A DNA stretch of 64,000 bases. It comes from an uncultured Lachnospiraceae bacterium (lineage in GTDB: Bacteria; Bacillota; Clostridia; Christensenellales; UBA1242). The DNA is taken from positions 16,188 through 80,187 of the forward strand of contig CAYSOX010000002.1 in the NCBI GenBank assembly GCA_964432825.1, read 5' to 3'. How positions within the stretch are numbered: the stretch's first letter is position 1; the number at the start of each line of letters is the position of its first letter. Shown here piece by piece: positions 9,961-19,387 of this stretch. The notes under the pieces were generated by a model. That model worked only from the letters and a program-made list of their open reading frames with translations. It ran no database searches and had not been told where the DNA came from. The position numbers and the translations under genes are program-made.

Positions 9961-10229
9961 GAGTTTTTTGTGGGATAACCAAAGAGTTATGGAGAGATAA
10001 AAGTTTCAAAAAGGGGCAAATTTGGGGCTGATTTTAAACCTGCCATAAACTCACAAAAAGCAAAAGCACAAAAAAGTGCAGTCAATTTGGAGTTAAAAAT
10101 AAAAATTAGTTTTTTGGAATTAAAAGCATAAAAATTGCTTAATCGCCTAAAGTAAAAAAAATAAAATAACACCTTTTAAGAAAACAAAACCCCAAAATAA
10201 TGAAACCCTTAAAAATTATAAATTAACAA

Positions 10230-10268
10230 AAAAAATAAAAAGTCTAAACAACTTGCGTTTAGACTTTT
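10230..10268 (-). terminator. Intrinsic terminator downstream of jag
   Basis: A perfect 12-bp stem, AAAAGTCTAAAC (10238-10249) with GTTTAGACTTTT (10257-10268), and a 7-nt loop. The A-run on the + strand gives a T-run on the minus strand. Confidence 0.6.
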
Positions 10269-10322
10269 AAATACTTTTAAAAAATTGTTTTGCGCTAAAA
10301 ATTAATTACTTATTTGTAAAAA

Positions 10323-10967
10323 CTAGTCGTTAAAATCGCGGTTGTAGCGTTCATCCATATTGCTTGGGATAATTGTGATATATCTATGAGGTTCGGCATC
10401 ACGGCTAATGGTTTTTACATCTTGACGAGATTCTAGTGCTAAGTGAATGATTTTTCTTTCATACGCGTTCATAGGTTCTAATTTGCTTGGTTTTCGTTCT
10501 TTTACCGACTTGTCTGCCAAGCGATGTGCTAAAACCTTTAATGTTCCCTCTCTTTTTTCGCGGTAGCCCGAGCAATCAAGACGAACTCTTTTGTATTGGT
10601 TGTGAGGTTTATGCTTGTTTATTATTTGATTTAAAAGATGTTCGGTAGCGTCTAATGTGTCGCCCCTCTTTCCGATAACACTTCCTACATCATTTCCGGC
10701 GAAATCGACCAAAATAACATCGTCTTCTTCTTTTACCGTCGCTACGATATCTAGTCCCATCTTTTGAACGAACTCTTGAACTTTAATTTCTACTTCGGTC
10801 ATTTCGGCAAGGTCGCTTTTTAACACAAGCCTTACCTTTGCTTTATCAAAAAGCCCGCCTTCAGAAAGCACTGCCACTTGCACATCTTCCTTTTTTGCAT
10901 TAAGTTTAAATAGCCCTATTTCTATTGCTTGGTCAACATTCTTTGCTGATACTTCAATTGAATTCAT
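10323..10967 (-). CDS. jag: Jag/KhpB RNA-binding protein (Jag_N, KH and R3H domains)
   Basis: C-terminal R3H-like sequence LEPMNAYERKIIHLAL. Located downstream of yidC. Start moved to MNSIEV, which has the RBS GGAGAAAA. Confidence 0.85.
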   Translation of the reverse strand: MNSIEVSAKNVDQAIEIGLFKLNAKKEDVQVAVLSEGGLFDKAKVRLVLKSDLAEMTEVEIKVQEFVQKMGLDIVATVKEEDDVILVDFAGNDVGSVIGKRGDTLDATEHLLNQIINKHKPHNQYKRVRLDCSGYREKREGTLKVLAHRLADKSVKERKPSKLEPMNAYERKIIHLALESRQDVKTISRDAEPHRYITIIPSNMDERYNRDFND

Positions 10968-11083
10968 AATATTTTCTCCTACATTTTTTGTTCTTTTGCC
11001 CATAAATTGTTGTTAAAGTTGTTTTTATACAATAAATTTAAAAATACAAAAATTTTTATAAAAATTGAATTATGGGTAATTTT

Positions 11084-12214
11084 TTAAAACTTTTTCATAA
11101 GTCCTCGATAGGTGGTCATTTGAGGTTTTGCATTCTTTTGCCTTTTTAGTTCGTGTAAAGCCTCTTTTTCAAGATAGGCTAAATACTTCGCTTCTTCCTT
11201 TTTGGTCATCTTTTCTGCAATTAGTCCTAGTAAGTAGTTTGTGATTAAACTCATTATTGAACTTGTTAGTAGATATAATCCGAAAGCCGCAGGGTTGGTT
11301 AAGGCAAAAATTATTGAAATAATAGGCAAAATTAACTTCATAATTTTCATGGTGCTGTTCATTTGCTGTTCGGTTTGAGAAGGCGTTACATTGATTTGTT
11401 TTGCCTTTTTAGACTTGTTTGAAAGGTCGGCAATAATTTGAGATGCAAAACTCAATAAGCCTGAAAGAAGTGCTATGATAAAATATCCATTCCAACCGGT
11501 GTGTTTATCAATAACTGGTGCCATAACCAAATTATATCGGTCGGGATTTATATAATTTTCGCTAGTTTCTACAAAATATGTATTGTAATATTTTTTGTCG
11601 TTTGCAGATTTGGTTGCAGACATTAATGAATCATAATCGGGAACACTTTTTACACTTGAATCATTCTTCCAAATGTTTTTAACCCATAACCAGTGGTTAT
11701 TTTTTGTGATTTCATCGTATTTTTCGTTTAATATTACATTAATTTCTTCATTTGAAAGATTTTTTGCTTCGCAATCGGCATAAGTATCATTTAAAATTGT
11801 GTATTGCTCAACCATTTTATATGCACTTATGTTTCGAAGAGTGTTGAAAAATGATATAAAAACAAAAAGTGTTAATACAATGTTTAATAATGAAAATAAA
11901 CAAGTTCCGACCATATTATAGCCTTCTCGCTTATATAATGCTTGTACTTCACGATTTGCACGCTCTCTATTGTTTGCAAATTTGGTATTAATTTTTTGGA
12001 TTTGTCCAGTAAGGCGTTTTTGAATAAAATTGTTTTTTCTTGAAGAATATCGGTTGTATAAGTCTAGCGGAACCATTATAAGTTTTACAAATATTGTAAA
12101 CAAAATGATTGACCAGCCATAATTTACAACAAAACCTTCAATAGCCTTGTATATAGAAGCCCAAAGCCCAGTTGGGGCTGAAACTTCCGCTAAAAAGTTT
12201 GTTATATTAGCCAT
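11084..12214 (-). CDS. yidC: Membrane protein insertase YidC/SpoIIIJ (Oxa1 family)
   Basis: Multi-pass membrane protein containing KLIMVPL..YNRYSSRK and MKIMKLILPI, in the conserved rnpA-yidD-yidC-jag context. Confidence 0.9.
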   Translation of the reverse strand: MANITNFLAEVSAPTGLWASIYKAIEGFVVNYGWSIILFTIFVKLIMVPLDLYNRYSSRKNNFIQKRLTGQIQKINTKFANNRERANREVQALYKREGYNMVGTCLFSLLNIVLTLFVFISFFNTLRNISAYKMVEQYTILNDTYADCEAKNLSNEEINVILNEKYDEITKNNHWLWVKNIWKNDSSVKSVPDYDSLMSATKSANDKKYYNTYFVETSENYINPDRYNLVMAPVIDKHTGWNGYFIIALLSGLLSFASQIIADLSNKSKKAKQINVTPSQTEQQMNSTMKIMKLILPIISIIFALTNPAAFGLYLLTSSIMSLITNYLLGLIAEKMTKKEEAKYLAYLEKEALHELKRQKNAKPQMTTYRGLMKKF

Positions 12215-12441
12215 TTAAAGTCTCCTTTTATATTTTGAGGTGGTTTATCCACCAAGATTTGTTTTGACCCCGAACAGCGAAAAAGTCGCTTTAAAGATAA
12301 AATTATTCCGTAAAACACACCAAACCGCGAAATGCAAATTTTTGCATATTCTGAGCAAGTTGGGTAAAGCCTGCACTTGTTTGGTCTAAAAGTTGAAAAT
12401 TTTTGGTATAATTCAATCATTTTTATACAAAACTTTTTCAT
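12202..12441 (-). CDS. yidD: Membrane protein insertion efficiency factor YidD
   Basis: The motif CRLYPTCSEYA is the YidD signature. Start moved to MKKF after the RBS GTGAGGG. The 3' end overlaps the yidC start. Confidence 0.85.
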   Translation of the reverse strand: MKKFCIKMIELYQKFSTFRPNKCRLYPTCSEYAKICISRFGVFYGIILSLKRLFRCSGSKQILVDKPPQNIKGDFKWLI

Positions 12442-12492
12442 GGAAGCCCTCACTTATTTTTAAATAACAAAAAAAATCTACTACGCTAAAAA

Positions 12493-12837
12493 TTATTGAA
12501 TAATTAGCACATTAGATTTTTTTAATAGTTCTTTTAAGCACTTTGTGATTTTTTTGTAATCCCATTGATCAATACCCACCCTTGCAACCAAGATTAAATC
12601 TACATCTTTTTTTACAAGGTTTAAATTAGATCGTATGGCTTCACGCAAAAGCCTTTTCGTGCGATTTCTTGTGACACTATTACCAATTTTTTTGCTAACT
12701 ACTACACCTATCTTTTGTTCTTTAAACTTTTTCTTGTTGGTAACTAAAATTAAGTGTCCAATACATTCGGAGTGACCATTTTTAAATGTGTAGTTAAAAT
12801 GGGTATTGCGTTTCATTCTTAAAGGTTTACTTAACAT
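12493..12837 (-). CDS. rnpA: RNase P protein component
   Basis: A 114-aa basic protein with VSKKIGNSVTRNRTKRLLREA (the RNR motif), immediately downstream of rpmH. Confidence 0.9.
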   Translation of the reverse strand: MLSKPLRMKRNTHFNYTFKNGHSECIGHLILVTNKKKFKEQKIGVVVSKKIGNSVTRNRTKRLLREAIRSNLNLVKKDVDLILVARVGIDQWDYKKITKCLKELLKKSNVLIIQ

Positions 12838-12863
12838 ATTTACCCCTTGAATTTTTTAAGAAA

Positions 12864-12998
12864 TTAGTATGTTAATCTTTTGCGACCTTTGTTACGGCGT
12901 CTTTGTAAAACATTTCTTCCGCCCTTGGTTGACATTCTCTTTCTAAAGCCGTGAACTTTATTACGAGTTGCCTTTTTTGGTTGGTAAGTTCTTTTCAT
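12864..12998 (-). CDS. rpmH: 50S ribosomal protein L34
   Basis: Not in the ORF track because it is under 60 aa. My translation: [54 protein letters not shown]. Confidence 0.9.
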   Translation of the reverse strand: MKRTYQPKKATRNKVHGFRKRMSTKGGRNVLQRRRNKGRKRLTY

Positions 12999-13070
12999 AA
13001 TATCCTCTCCTTGAAATTGTATTTATTAAGTATAAGGCAAAAGCCTCATATTAACAGTTTAAACAAAGTT

Positions 13071-13099
13071 ATTATAATGGACAAATTGATTTTTGTCAA
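13071..13099 (-). promoter_or_regulatory. Consensus sigma-A promoter of the rpmH operon
   Basis: On the minus strand: TTGACA (13099-13094), a 17-nt spacer, then TATAAT (13076-13071). Confidence 0.7.
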
Positions 13100-13290
13100 C
13101 ATATTTTAAATTAAAATATTAATAAATAATTGACATAAAGGCAAAAACCAATTACACTTTAATAGTAAAATACTAAACAAATTGCAAAAGAAACAAAAAA
13201 ATTCAAAATTTTTGGTAAATTTTGGTGAAATATTGAAAAATTTATAAGAAAATGTTAAAATTTAACTAAAAATGGTAAGCAGAGGGAAAA

Positions 13291-14643
13291 ATGATTGATA
13301 ATTTTGGATTAAAAGATACAATAGTTGCCCTTTCCACTCCGGTTGGAAGTGGCGGGATTGGAATAGTTCGGTTAAGCGGTGAAAAAGCCATAAGTATAGC
13401 CGATAAATTATTCTGCTCAAAAAAGGGAAATTTGCCCTCAACATTTAAAAAAAGAGAGTTGGTTTTAGGTGAATTTAAGGGAGAAAATGTTTCAGATACC
13501 GCACTATGTGTGGTTTTTGATAACAAAAGTTTTACGGGTGAAGAAACGGTTGAATTTCAATGCCACGGCGGAGTAAAATTGACGGATAAAGTTATAGAGG
13601 AATGCATAAAAAATGGCGCAAGAATGGCAAGAAACGGCGAATTTTCACTTCGAGCATTTTTAAACGGCAAAATGAGTCTTTGTGAAGCCGAAGCAATGAT
13701 TGGGTTGATAAATGCAACATCTGAGGCTGAAATTAAGGCAAATAAACAGATTATGGATGGCGGACTAACTAAAAGAATTGAAGAATTTCAAAACAAAGTG
13801 GTTGACCTAATGAGTGAAGTTGAGGTTAGTTTTGACTACCCCGAAGAAGATATTGAATACATTGCACAAAATAAAATTAAGAAAACATTAAACGAGTTGG
13901 TTGAGGAAATAAATGGCTTAATCAATACTTTTTCACAAGGTGCAATAATCCAAAACGGGATAAATGCCTGCCTAATTGGGAAACCGAATGTTGGAAAGTC
14001 ATCCATATTAAATGCTTTGTTAAATAAGGATAAGGCGATTGTTACCGATATTGCTGGAACCACAAGAGATGTTATTGAAGACGCTTTTGAAATTAATGGT
14101 GTTAAGGTGAATATTTTGGATACTGCAGGCATTCGAAACACCGATAATGTTGTAGAAAAGATGGGTGTTCAAAAAAGTATAGACCTAATTAGCCGTGCGG
14201 ATATAGTTTTGTTTATTGTGGATGAATCTAGACCTAAAGACCAAGAAGATGCACAAATTTTAGCCTTACTGGACGGGAAAAAGTATATCACTATTCACAA
14301 TAAGATTGATTTAACGGATAAAGTTCGAAAAAATGAGGCAATTTATACATCTTGTAAAACGGGTGAAGGAATTGACCGCATAAAGCAAAAAATATATGAT
14401 ATGGTAACCGGTGGTGTGATTTTGGGTGATGGATTGGTGGTTACAAATATAAGGCATAAAAATGCTTTAGAAAGTGCAAAGAATTCCTTTGAAAATGCCT
14501 TAAAAGCGATAGATAACACCACACTTGATGCTCTTTCGGTGGATTTGATGGACGGCTACACTTATTTAGGTCAAATAACCGGAAATACCTCCAACGAACA
14601 AATTTTAGATAGTATATTCAGTAAATTTTGCTTAGGAAAGTAA
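13291..14643 (+). CDS. mnmE: tRNA modification GTPase MnmE
   Basis: N-terminal TIVALSTPVGSGGIGIVRLSG, G-domain GKPNVGKSS..DTAG, and the C-terminal FCLGK motif. Confidence 0.95.
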   Translation: MIDNFGLKDTIVALSTPVGSGGIGIVRLSGEKAISIADKLFCSKKGNLPSTFKKRELVLGEFKGENVSDTALCVVFDNKSFTGEETVEFQCHGGVKLTDKVIEECIKNGARMARNGEFSLRAFLNGKMSLCEAEAMIGLINATSEAEIKANKQIMDGGLTKRIEEFQNKVVDLMSEVEVSFDYPEEDIEYIAQNKIKKTLNELVEEINGLINTFSQGAIIQNGINACLIGKPNVGKSSILNALLNKDKAIVTDIAGTTRDVIEDAFEINGVKVNILDTAGIRNTDNVVEKMGVQKSIDLISRADIVLFIVDESRPKDQEDAQILALLDGKKYITIHNKIDLTDKVRKNEAIYTSCKTGEGIDRIKQKIYDMVTGGVILGDGLVVTNIRHKNALESAKNSFENALKAIDNTTLDALSVDLMDGYTYLGQITGNTSNEQILDSIFSKFCLGK

Positions 14644-14673
14644 ACTAAAATAGATTAGATAAGGAAAATAAAG

Positions 14674-16524
14674 ATGGAAGAAAATGAATTTGATGCAATC
14701 TGTATAGGCGGCGGACATGCGGGGGTTGAAAGTGCGTTAGCCCTTGCACGAATGAATAATAAAACCTTGCTTATTACCCTAGATTTTGACGGGGTAAGTT
14801 TTTTGGCATGTAATCCAAGTATTGGCGGAACGGCAAAAGGTCAACTTGTAAGCGAAATTGATGCACTAGGTGGCGAAATGGGAAAAACCGCCGATAAAAC
14901 ATGCTTGCAACTAAGAATGCTTAATGGAAGTAAAGGCCCTGCCGTTCAAAGTTTACGCGCACAGGTGGATAAAGATAAATATCATCAAACTATGTTGGAT
15001 GTATTAAAAACCCAAGAGAATTTGGTGTTAACCGAGGGCGAGGCAAGTGAGATTTTGACTGACGGAGAGAAGGTTACGGGTGTTAAAACGGCGGATGGAA
15101 GAGAGTTTAAAGCCAAAGCGGTGGTAATTTGTACGGGAGTATATTTAAACAGTAGAACCATAACAGGAGAGGAAATTAAAGATTCGGGTCCGGCAAACTT
15201 TAAAAACAGCAAAAACTTAACTCAAAGTTTGATAAATTTAGGCTTTAAAATTGTTCGCTTTAAGACGGGTACCCCACCAAGACTTGACCACGATTCTATA
15301 GATTATTCTAAGTTTGAAGAGCAAAAGGGCGAAGAAAATATTCAAACATTTTCATATATGAGTAACATTAAGCCTAAAAATATTTTGAGTTGTTATTTGG
15401 GTTATACTAATGAAAATACCCATAAAATTATTTTGGATAACCTAGACAAAGCCCCAATGTATAGCGGAACTATTGTGGGTGTGGGTCCAAGATATTGTCC
15501 GAGCATTGAAACAAAGATTGTTAGGTTTAAGGACAAAAACCGCCATCAACTATTTTTAGAACCCGAAACAATTAAAAATGATAGTATTTATCTTCAAGGG
15601 TTTAGCACATCCATGCCAAAAGATATTCAAGAGCAGATGGTTGCAAGCATCTTAGGATTGGAAGACACTAAAATTTTAAAATATGGCTATGCTATAGAAT
15701 ATGATGCTATAGATTGTACCGATTTGTATCCTACCCTAGGCTTTAAAAAGATTAAGGGGATTTACACCGCCGGTCAGATAAATGGTACCAGTGGTTATGA
15801 AGAGGCGGGTGCACAAGGAATTGTTGCCGGAATTAATGCCGGACTATATATTAAAGGTGAAGAAGAACTTATTTTAACAAGGGATTCAAGCTATATTGGT
15901 GTTTTGATAGATGATTTAGTAACTAAGGGCACCAATGAGCCATATAGAATGATGACCAGTCGGGCAGAATATCGTTTATTATTGCGTCAAGACAATGCCG
16001 ATATGCGACTTACCGAAATTGGACGCAGGGTTGGATTGGTTGATGATGAAAGATATGCAAAATTTCAAAAAAAGTGCGAAGAATTACAAAAAGCACGCGA
16101 AATATTGCCAAAAATACTAAAACCAACCACTCAAATGAATAAATTTTTAGAAAAGCATAACGAAGCCACTATTGTAACCGGCAAAAGTGTAGAAACATTA
16201 ATAAAACGAACCAATCTTTCAGCCGAACTTTTAAATGAGGAATTTGGTATATTTGGTGATATTTCAAGTGAAGTGATTAAAGAAATCAATATAGAAGTAA
16301 AATATTCAGGATATCTAGAAAAGCAAATTCAAGTAGTTGAAAAGAACAGAAAACTCGAAAATAAAAGAATTTCAAAAGATTTTGACTATTCTAAAGTTAA
16401 AGGGTTAAGAATAGAAGCCGTTCAAAAACTAAACGACTGTAAACCTTTGACTATCGGTCAGGCATCAAGAATTTCGGGGGTTAGTCCAGCCGATATCAGT
16501 GTTTTATTATTCAATTTAAAGTAG
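14674..16524 (+). CDS. mnmG: tRNA uridine 5-carboxymethylaminomethyl modification enzyme MnmG (GidA)
   Basis: FAD-binding motif DAICIGGGHAGVE. 616 aa. Adjacent to mnmE. Confidence 0.97.
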   Translation: MEENEFDAICIGGGHAGVESALALARMNNKTLLITLDFDGVSFLACNPSIGGTAKGQLVSEIDALGGEMGKTADKTCLQLRMLNGSKGPAVQSLRAQVDKDKYHQTMLDVLKTQENLVLTEGEASEILTDGEKVTGVKTADGREFKAKAVVICTGVYLNSRTITGEEIKDSGPANFKNSKNLTQSLINLGFKIVRFKTGTPPRLDHDSIDYSKFEEQKGEENIQTFSYMSNIKPKNILSCYLGYTNENTHKIILDNLDKAPMYSGTIVGVGPRYCPSIETKIVRFKDKNRHQLFLEPETIKNDSIYLQGFSTSMPKDIQEQMVASILGLEDTKILKYGYAIEYDAIDCTDLYPTLGFKKIKGIYTAGQINGTSGYEEAGAQGIVAGINAGLYIKGEEELILTRDSSYIGVLIDDLVTKGTNEPYRMMTSRAEYRLLLRQDNADMRLTEIGRRVGLVDDERYAKFQKKCEELQKAREILPKILKPTTQMNKFLEKHNEATIVTGKSVETLIKRTNLSAELLNEEFGIFGDISSEVIKEINIEVKYSGYLEKQIQVVEKNRKLENKRISKDFDYSKVKGLRIEAVQKLNDCKPLTIGQASRISGVSPADISVLLFNLK

Positions 16525-16532
16525 GGATAAAC

Positions 16533-17774
16533 ATGGTTAAATTTGACTTAAAGCCAACAGATATTTTTAAATTTATTAAAGAGGGCGAAGAAAAATTTAT
16601 AAAAAAGGTTGGAAAACAACCTCGCACTACACCAAGGAAACGCCACAAACAAGGTTATTATTACAAAAGAAAGGTGCACAATAAAACAAAAGCGGGTCAA
16701 AAACTTGCCGAACAACGAAAAAACTTTATTGCCCGTGAAATTCCAAAGTGTGAGTTGAATATTTTTCGCAACAAAAACCTACTTGAAAGAAATAAAAAAG
16801 AATTTGAAAAAGAAAAATTATATTATGATATTAAGCGTCAGGCGATTTGCAAAGAGTGGTACCGATTAAAAAATAATATTAAAATTTTAAATGAAGAACG
16901 ATGCCGATTACAAGAAAATTATTCGGATATACAAGCCTTGCAAAAGTCAATTAATGAAGATACAAAACGAATAGAAAAACAAAAAAAGCAGATTGAAAAA
17001 TGGGACTCTTCACTAAAAGAAAAGACTTTTAACAATGCAAAAGCGGTTTTGGAATTGATTAAGCGGTGTGATAATGAGTATGTAAAGACCGAAAGACTTG
17101 CATGGTTAGATGATATTAGAAGTGTGGGAAAAGAAGATAGTCAGGTATTTTTAGCAGAAGAAGAAAAACGCGTGTCGGGTGAATCGAAACGCGGAAAATA
17201 CAAAAAAGTGAGTTATGATGATTGCTTGCTGTTTGAATTGGATGAAAATGGAGAAATCCCCGATTACGGAATTAAAAGGCCATTTAAAATCAATAATAGA
17301 CGGGTTGCGAAAATATTTGATAAGGACGGAAATGTTCTTATAAATCCAACGCAAGCATTAAAATTGGGACTTACTATGCCACGAAGATTTTTCAATTTGG
17401 ATAGCGAATTTTTAACAATTTTAGTGGAGAATCAAAAGACAAAGTCTGCCAACGAAAGTTTTAAAATTGCTTTGCCATACATTAGAGAACGCGTTGAGAA
17501 ACTGGCAGACGAAGAGTTGATGTGCTATGCAAGTTACAATATTAGAAAGGCAAATTATTATGCAAATATAGTGGATAATTCGGCTTCAATTTGGATTGGG
17601 GATAAATGGGTTCGGCTAGTGTCTCAAAATGTAAAGTTTGAAAGACGGGCAAGACAAATGTTGACAGCCATTGCATGCAGGTTGATAAACGAACGAAAGG
17701 TCGACAAAAAGAAGGGTGAACTGTATTTTGAATATGTAAATATGCTAGATGATAATAAAAAAACCGAAGAATAA
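16533..17774 (+). CDS. Hypothetical basic, K/E-rich coiled-coil protein
   Basis: Starts 8 nt after the mnmG stop. The N-terminus is very basic (QPRTTPRKRHKQGYYYKRKVHNKTK). It occupies the position where rsmG usually follows mnmG. I recognise no family. Confidence 0.6.
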   Translation: MVKFDLKPTDIFKFIKEGEEKFIKKVGKQPRTTPRKRHKQGYYYKRKVHNKTKAGQKLAEQRKNFIAREIPKCELNIFRNKNLLERNKKEFEKEKLYYDIKRQAICKEWYRLKNNIKILNEERCRLQENYSDIQALQKSINEDTKRIEKQKKQIEKWDSSLKEKTFNNAKAVLELIKRCDNEYVKTERLAWLDDIRSVGKEDSQVFLAEEEKRVSGESKRGKYKKVSYDDCLLFELDENGEIPDYGIKRPFKINNRRVAKIFDKDGNVLINPTQALKLGLTMPRRFFNLDSEFLTILVENQKTKSANESFKIALPYIRERVEKLADEELMCYASYNIRKANYYANIVDNSASIWIGDKWVRLVSQNVKFERRARQMLTAIACRLINERKVDKKKGELYFEYVNMLDDNKKTEE

Positions 17775-18012
17775 TAAGCAAAAAATAAAATATAAGCATT
17801 AATAATGAGAAAAAACCAAAGTTATTAAACTTTTAAGTGATAGTCTCATAAATTAATTGCTTATATTTTATTTATGATTTTAATTGTTAAATGTAACCCG
17901 AAAAAAATAAAATTTGCCTAAGATTTCGTTCTTTTCGTGTAAAAATTTTTTAAGGTAAATAAAAAGGATTGAAAAGAGGATAGCGTTTCTCATCTATAAT
18001 TGATACAATATA

Positions 18013-18363
18013 TTAAATTATATTTTTTTCTTTTAATATTTGATTGTATAAACTTGAAAGGTCGAGGATATATTTTTGTTTTGCTGAGGCTTCAAGTTTG
18101 TCGTATTTTGAATGATTTATAAGTCTAAATATAGGGTCGGTACAATTAGGGTTGCTTTCTAAAAGTCGGTCTATAGCAGATGTTAGTTCGGTGTACTCTT
18201 TCTTCCGATTTAATTCCAAAAAGGTATAGCAAGTTGAGGGAATTGAAGGTTCGCTTGCCTGTTTAGGTTTTTGAAAATCTTCATTATGCGACAATTTCCT
18301 TTTTGCCTTCAAAAGAAATTTTGAAAGAAATTCTTCCGTTTGTGTATTTTTTTGATTTGCCAT
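18013..18363 (-). CDS. Hypothetical protein
   Basis: 116-aa ORF with a strong RBS (AAGGAG). No recognisable motif. Confidence 0.5.
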   Translation of the reverse strand: MANQKNTQTEEFLSKFLLKAKRKLSHNEDFQKPKQASEPSIPSTCYTFLELNRKKEYTELTSAIDRLLESNPNCTDPIFRLINHSKYDKLEASAKQKYILDLSSLYNQILKEKNII

Positions 18364-18663
18364 ATATTACTCCTTAAAAAAGTTGTTACAAAAATTGTAA
18401 CACATTAGCAGAAAAATAATTAGCGAAAAAACCTAAAATTTGTGTAGAAAATGTACGAAGTTTAATATCTAAAGGTAATTTATGTCAGATTTCTTAATTA
18501 AAAAATATTTTGAATTAATTTTACGATTAAAAATTAGAAATTGACAAAAAGGTATATTGGATGTAAAATAAGATTGTAAAAAAAGAAGATATTAGGATAA
18601 AAAATTTTCTTACAGCGGTATTCATTAAAAGATGATATAATTTTTTTATATTAGGGGGTAAAA

Positions 18664-19038
18664 ATGACAAAAGAACAATTGCTAAAAACTTTAGGTGTTG
18701 TGTCGGTTGCCGGGCTAACATTGACACTATTTTTGCTAGAGTTGACCGATATAAAAATGGCAGATGTATATATGCTAATAATAATGTTTTTTGCACTATA
18801 TGTATTTGTAGTAGTGTATTTTGTTGTAAACTATTATAAAAATAAAGAAAATGTAAAGGCATTACAACGAGAATATATTGAAAGTTTGAAACCTAAAACG
18901 CCTATAAGGTTTGTGGCAAGCGATGAAGAACTTTTAAAAACCTATGACGAAGCGGTGAAAACGGCGGACCCAAAGAAATTATTAAAGGTAATTGCAATAG
19001 AAGAACGAGAAGCCGAAGATGGAAATGAGAGAGAGTAA
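18664..19038 (+). CDS. Hypothetical small membrane protein
   Basis: RBS GGGGGT. Two hydrophobic segments followed by an acidic tail. Confidence 0.5.
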   Translation: MTKEQLLKTLGVVSVAGLTLTLFLLELTDIKMADVYMLIIMFFALYVFVVVYFVVNYYKNKENVKALQREYIESLKPKTPIRFVASDEELLKTYDEAVKTADPKKLLKVIAIEEREAEDGNERE

Positions 19039-19387
19039 AAATAATGGCATTGTTTTAAGGGCTAGCAAAATTTTGTAGATATTTTAGTTAACTTTTTAAA
19101 ATGATTAAAAATTTAATGATTAAAATGAATCCTTTTGGGGTTGCATTGAATAATTTAGGGAGAAAGATTTAGTTCTTCCTATTTTTTAGTCTTTTTTAGC
19201 AAGAAAAATAAAAACATTATCAAATTTTAGGATAAAAACAGCAGGCAAAATTGTTGGGTTGTTCTAAAAATTTTTAAGTTGCCATAAAATTTATTAAAGA
19301 TATCCGCCATGTGCCAAAATTCGTCAAAACTTTGAATAATTCTATGGTGGAGAAATTTTAAATCTATTTATAATTAAGAGGTGTTAG

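Larger units (their letters stand above)
6663..10322. other. 3.66-kb ORF-free spacer of unknown function (candidate large ncRNA locus or decayed DNA)
   Basis: The ORF track shows only one 61-aa low-complexity ORF (9987..10172, minus strand). Reading by hand gives stops in all frames. The + strand is A/G-rich and C-poor. A GC-richer core lies at about 7450-9300. Internal degenerate repeats are present (see findings). Confidence 0.9.

Noticed and set aside
9987-10172. A 61-aa minus-strand ORF, the only track ORF inside the giant spacer.
   Set aside because: It has low-complexity F/L/K-rich sequence, no RBS, and barely exceeds the length cutoff in A/T-rich DNA.
6663-10322. I asked whether the ORF-free 3.66 kb is an rRNA operon or hosts tmRNA, RNase P RNA or SRP RNA.
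   Set aside because: I could not find any universal signature strings: GTGCCAGCAGCCGCGGTAA, TGTACACACCGCCCGTC, GAGGAAAGTCC, or a tmRNA 3' end like ..TCCACCA. The base composition is far too AT-rich and C-poor for rRNA.
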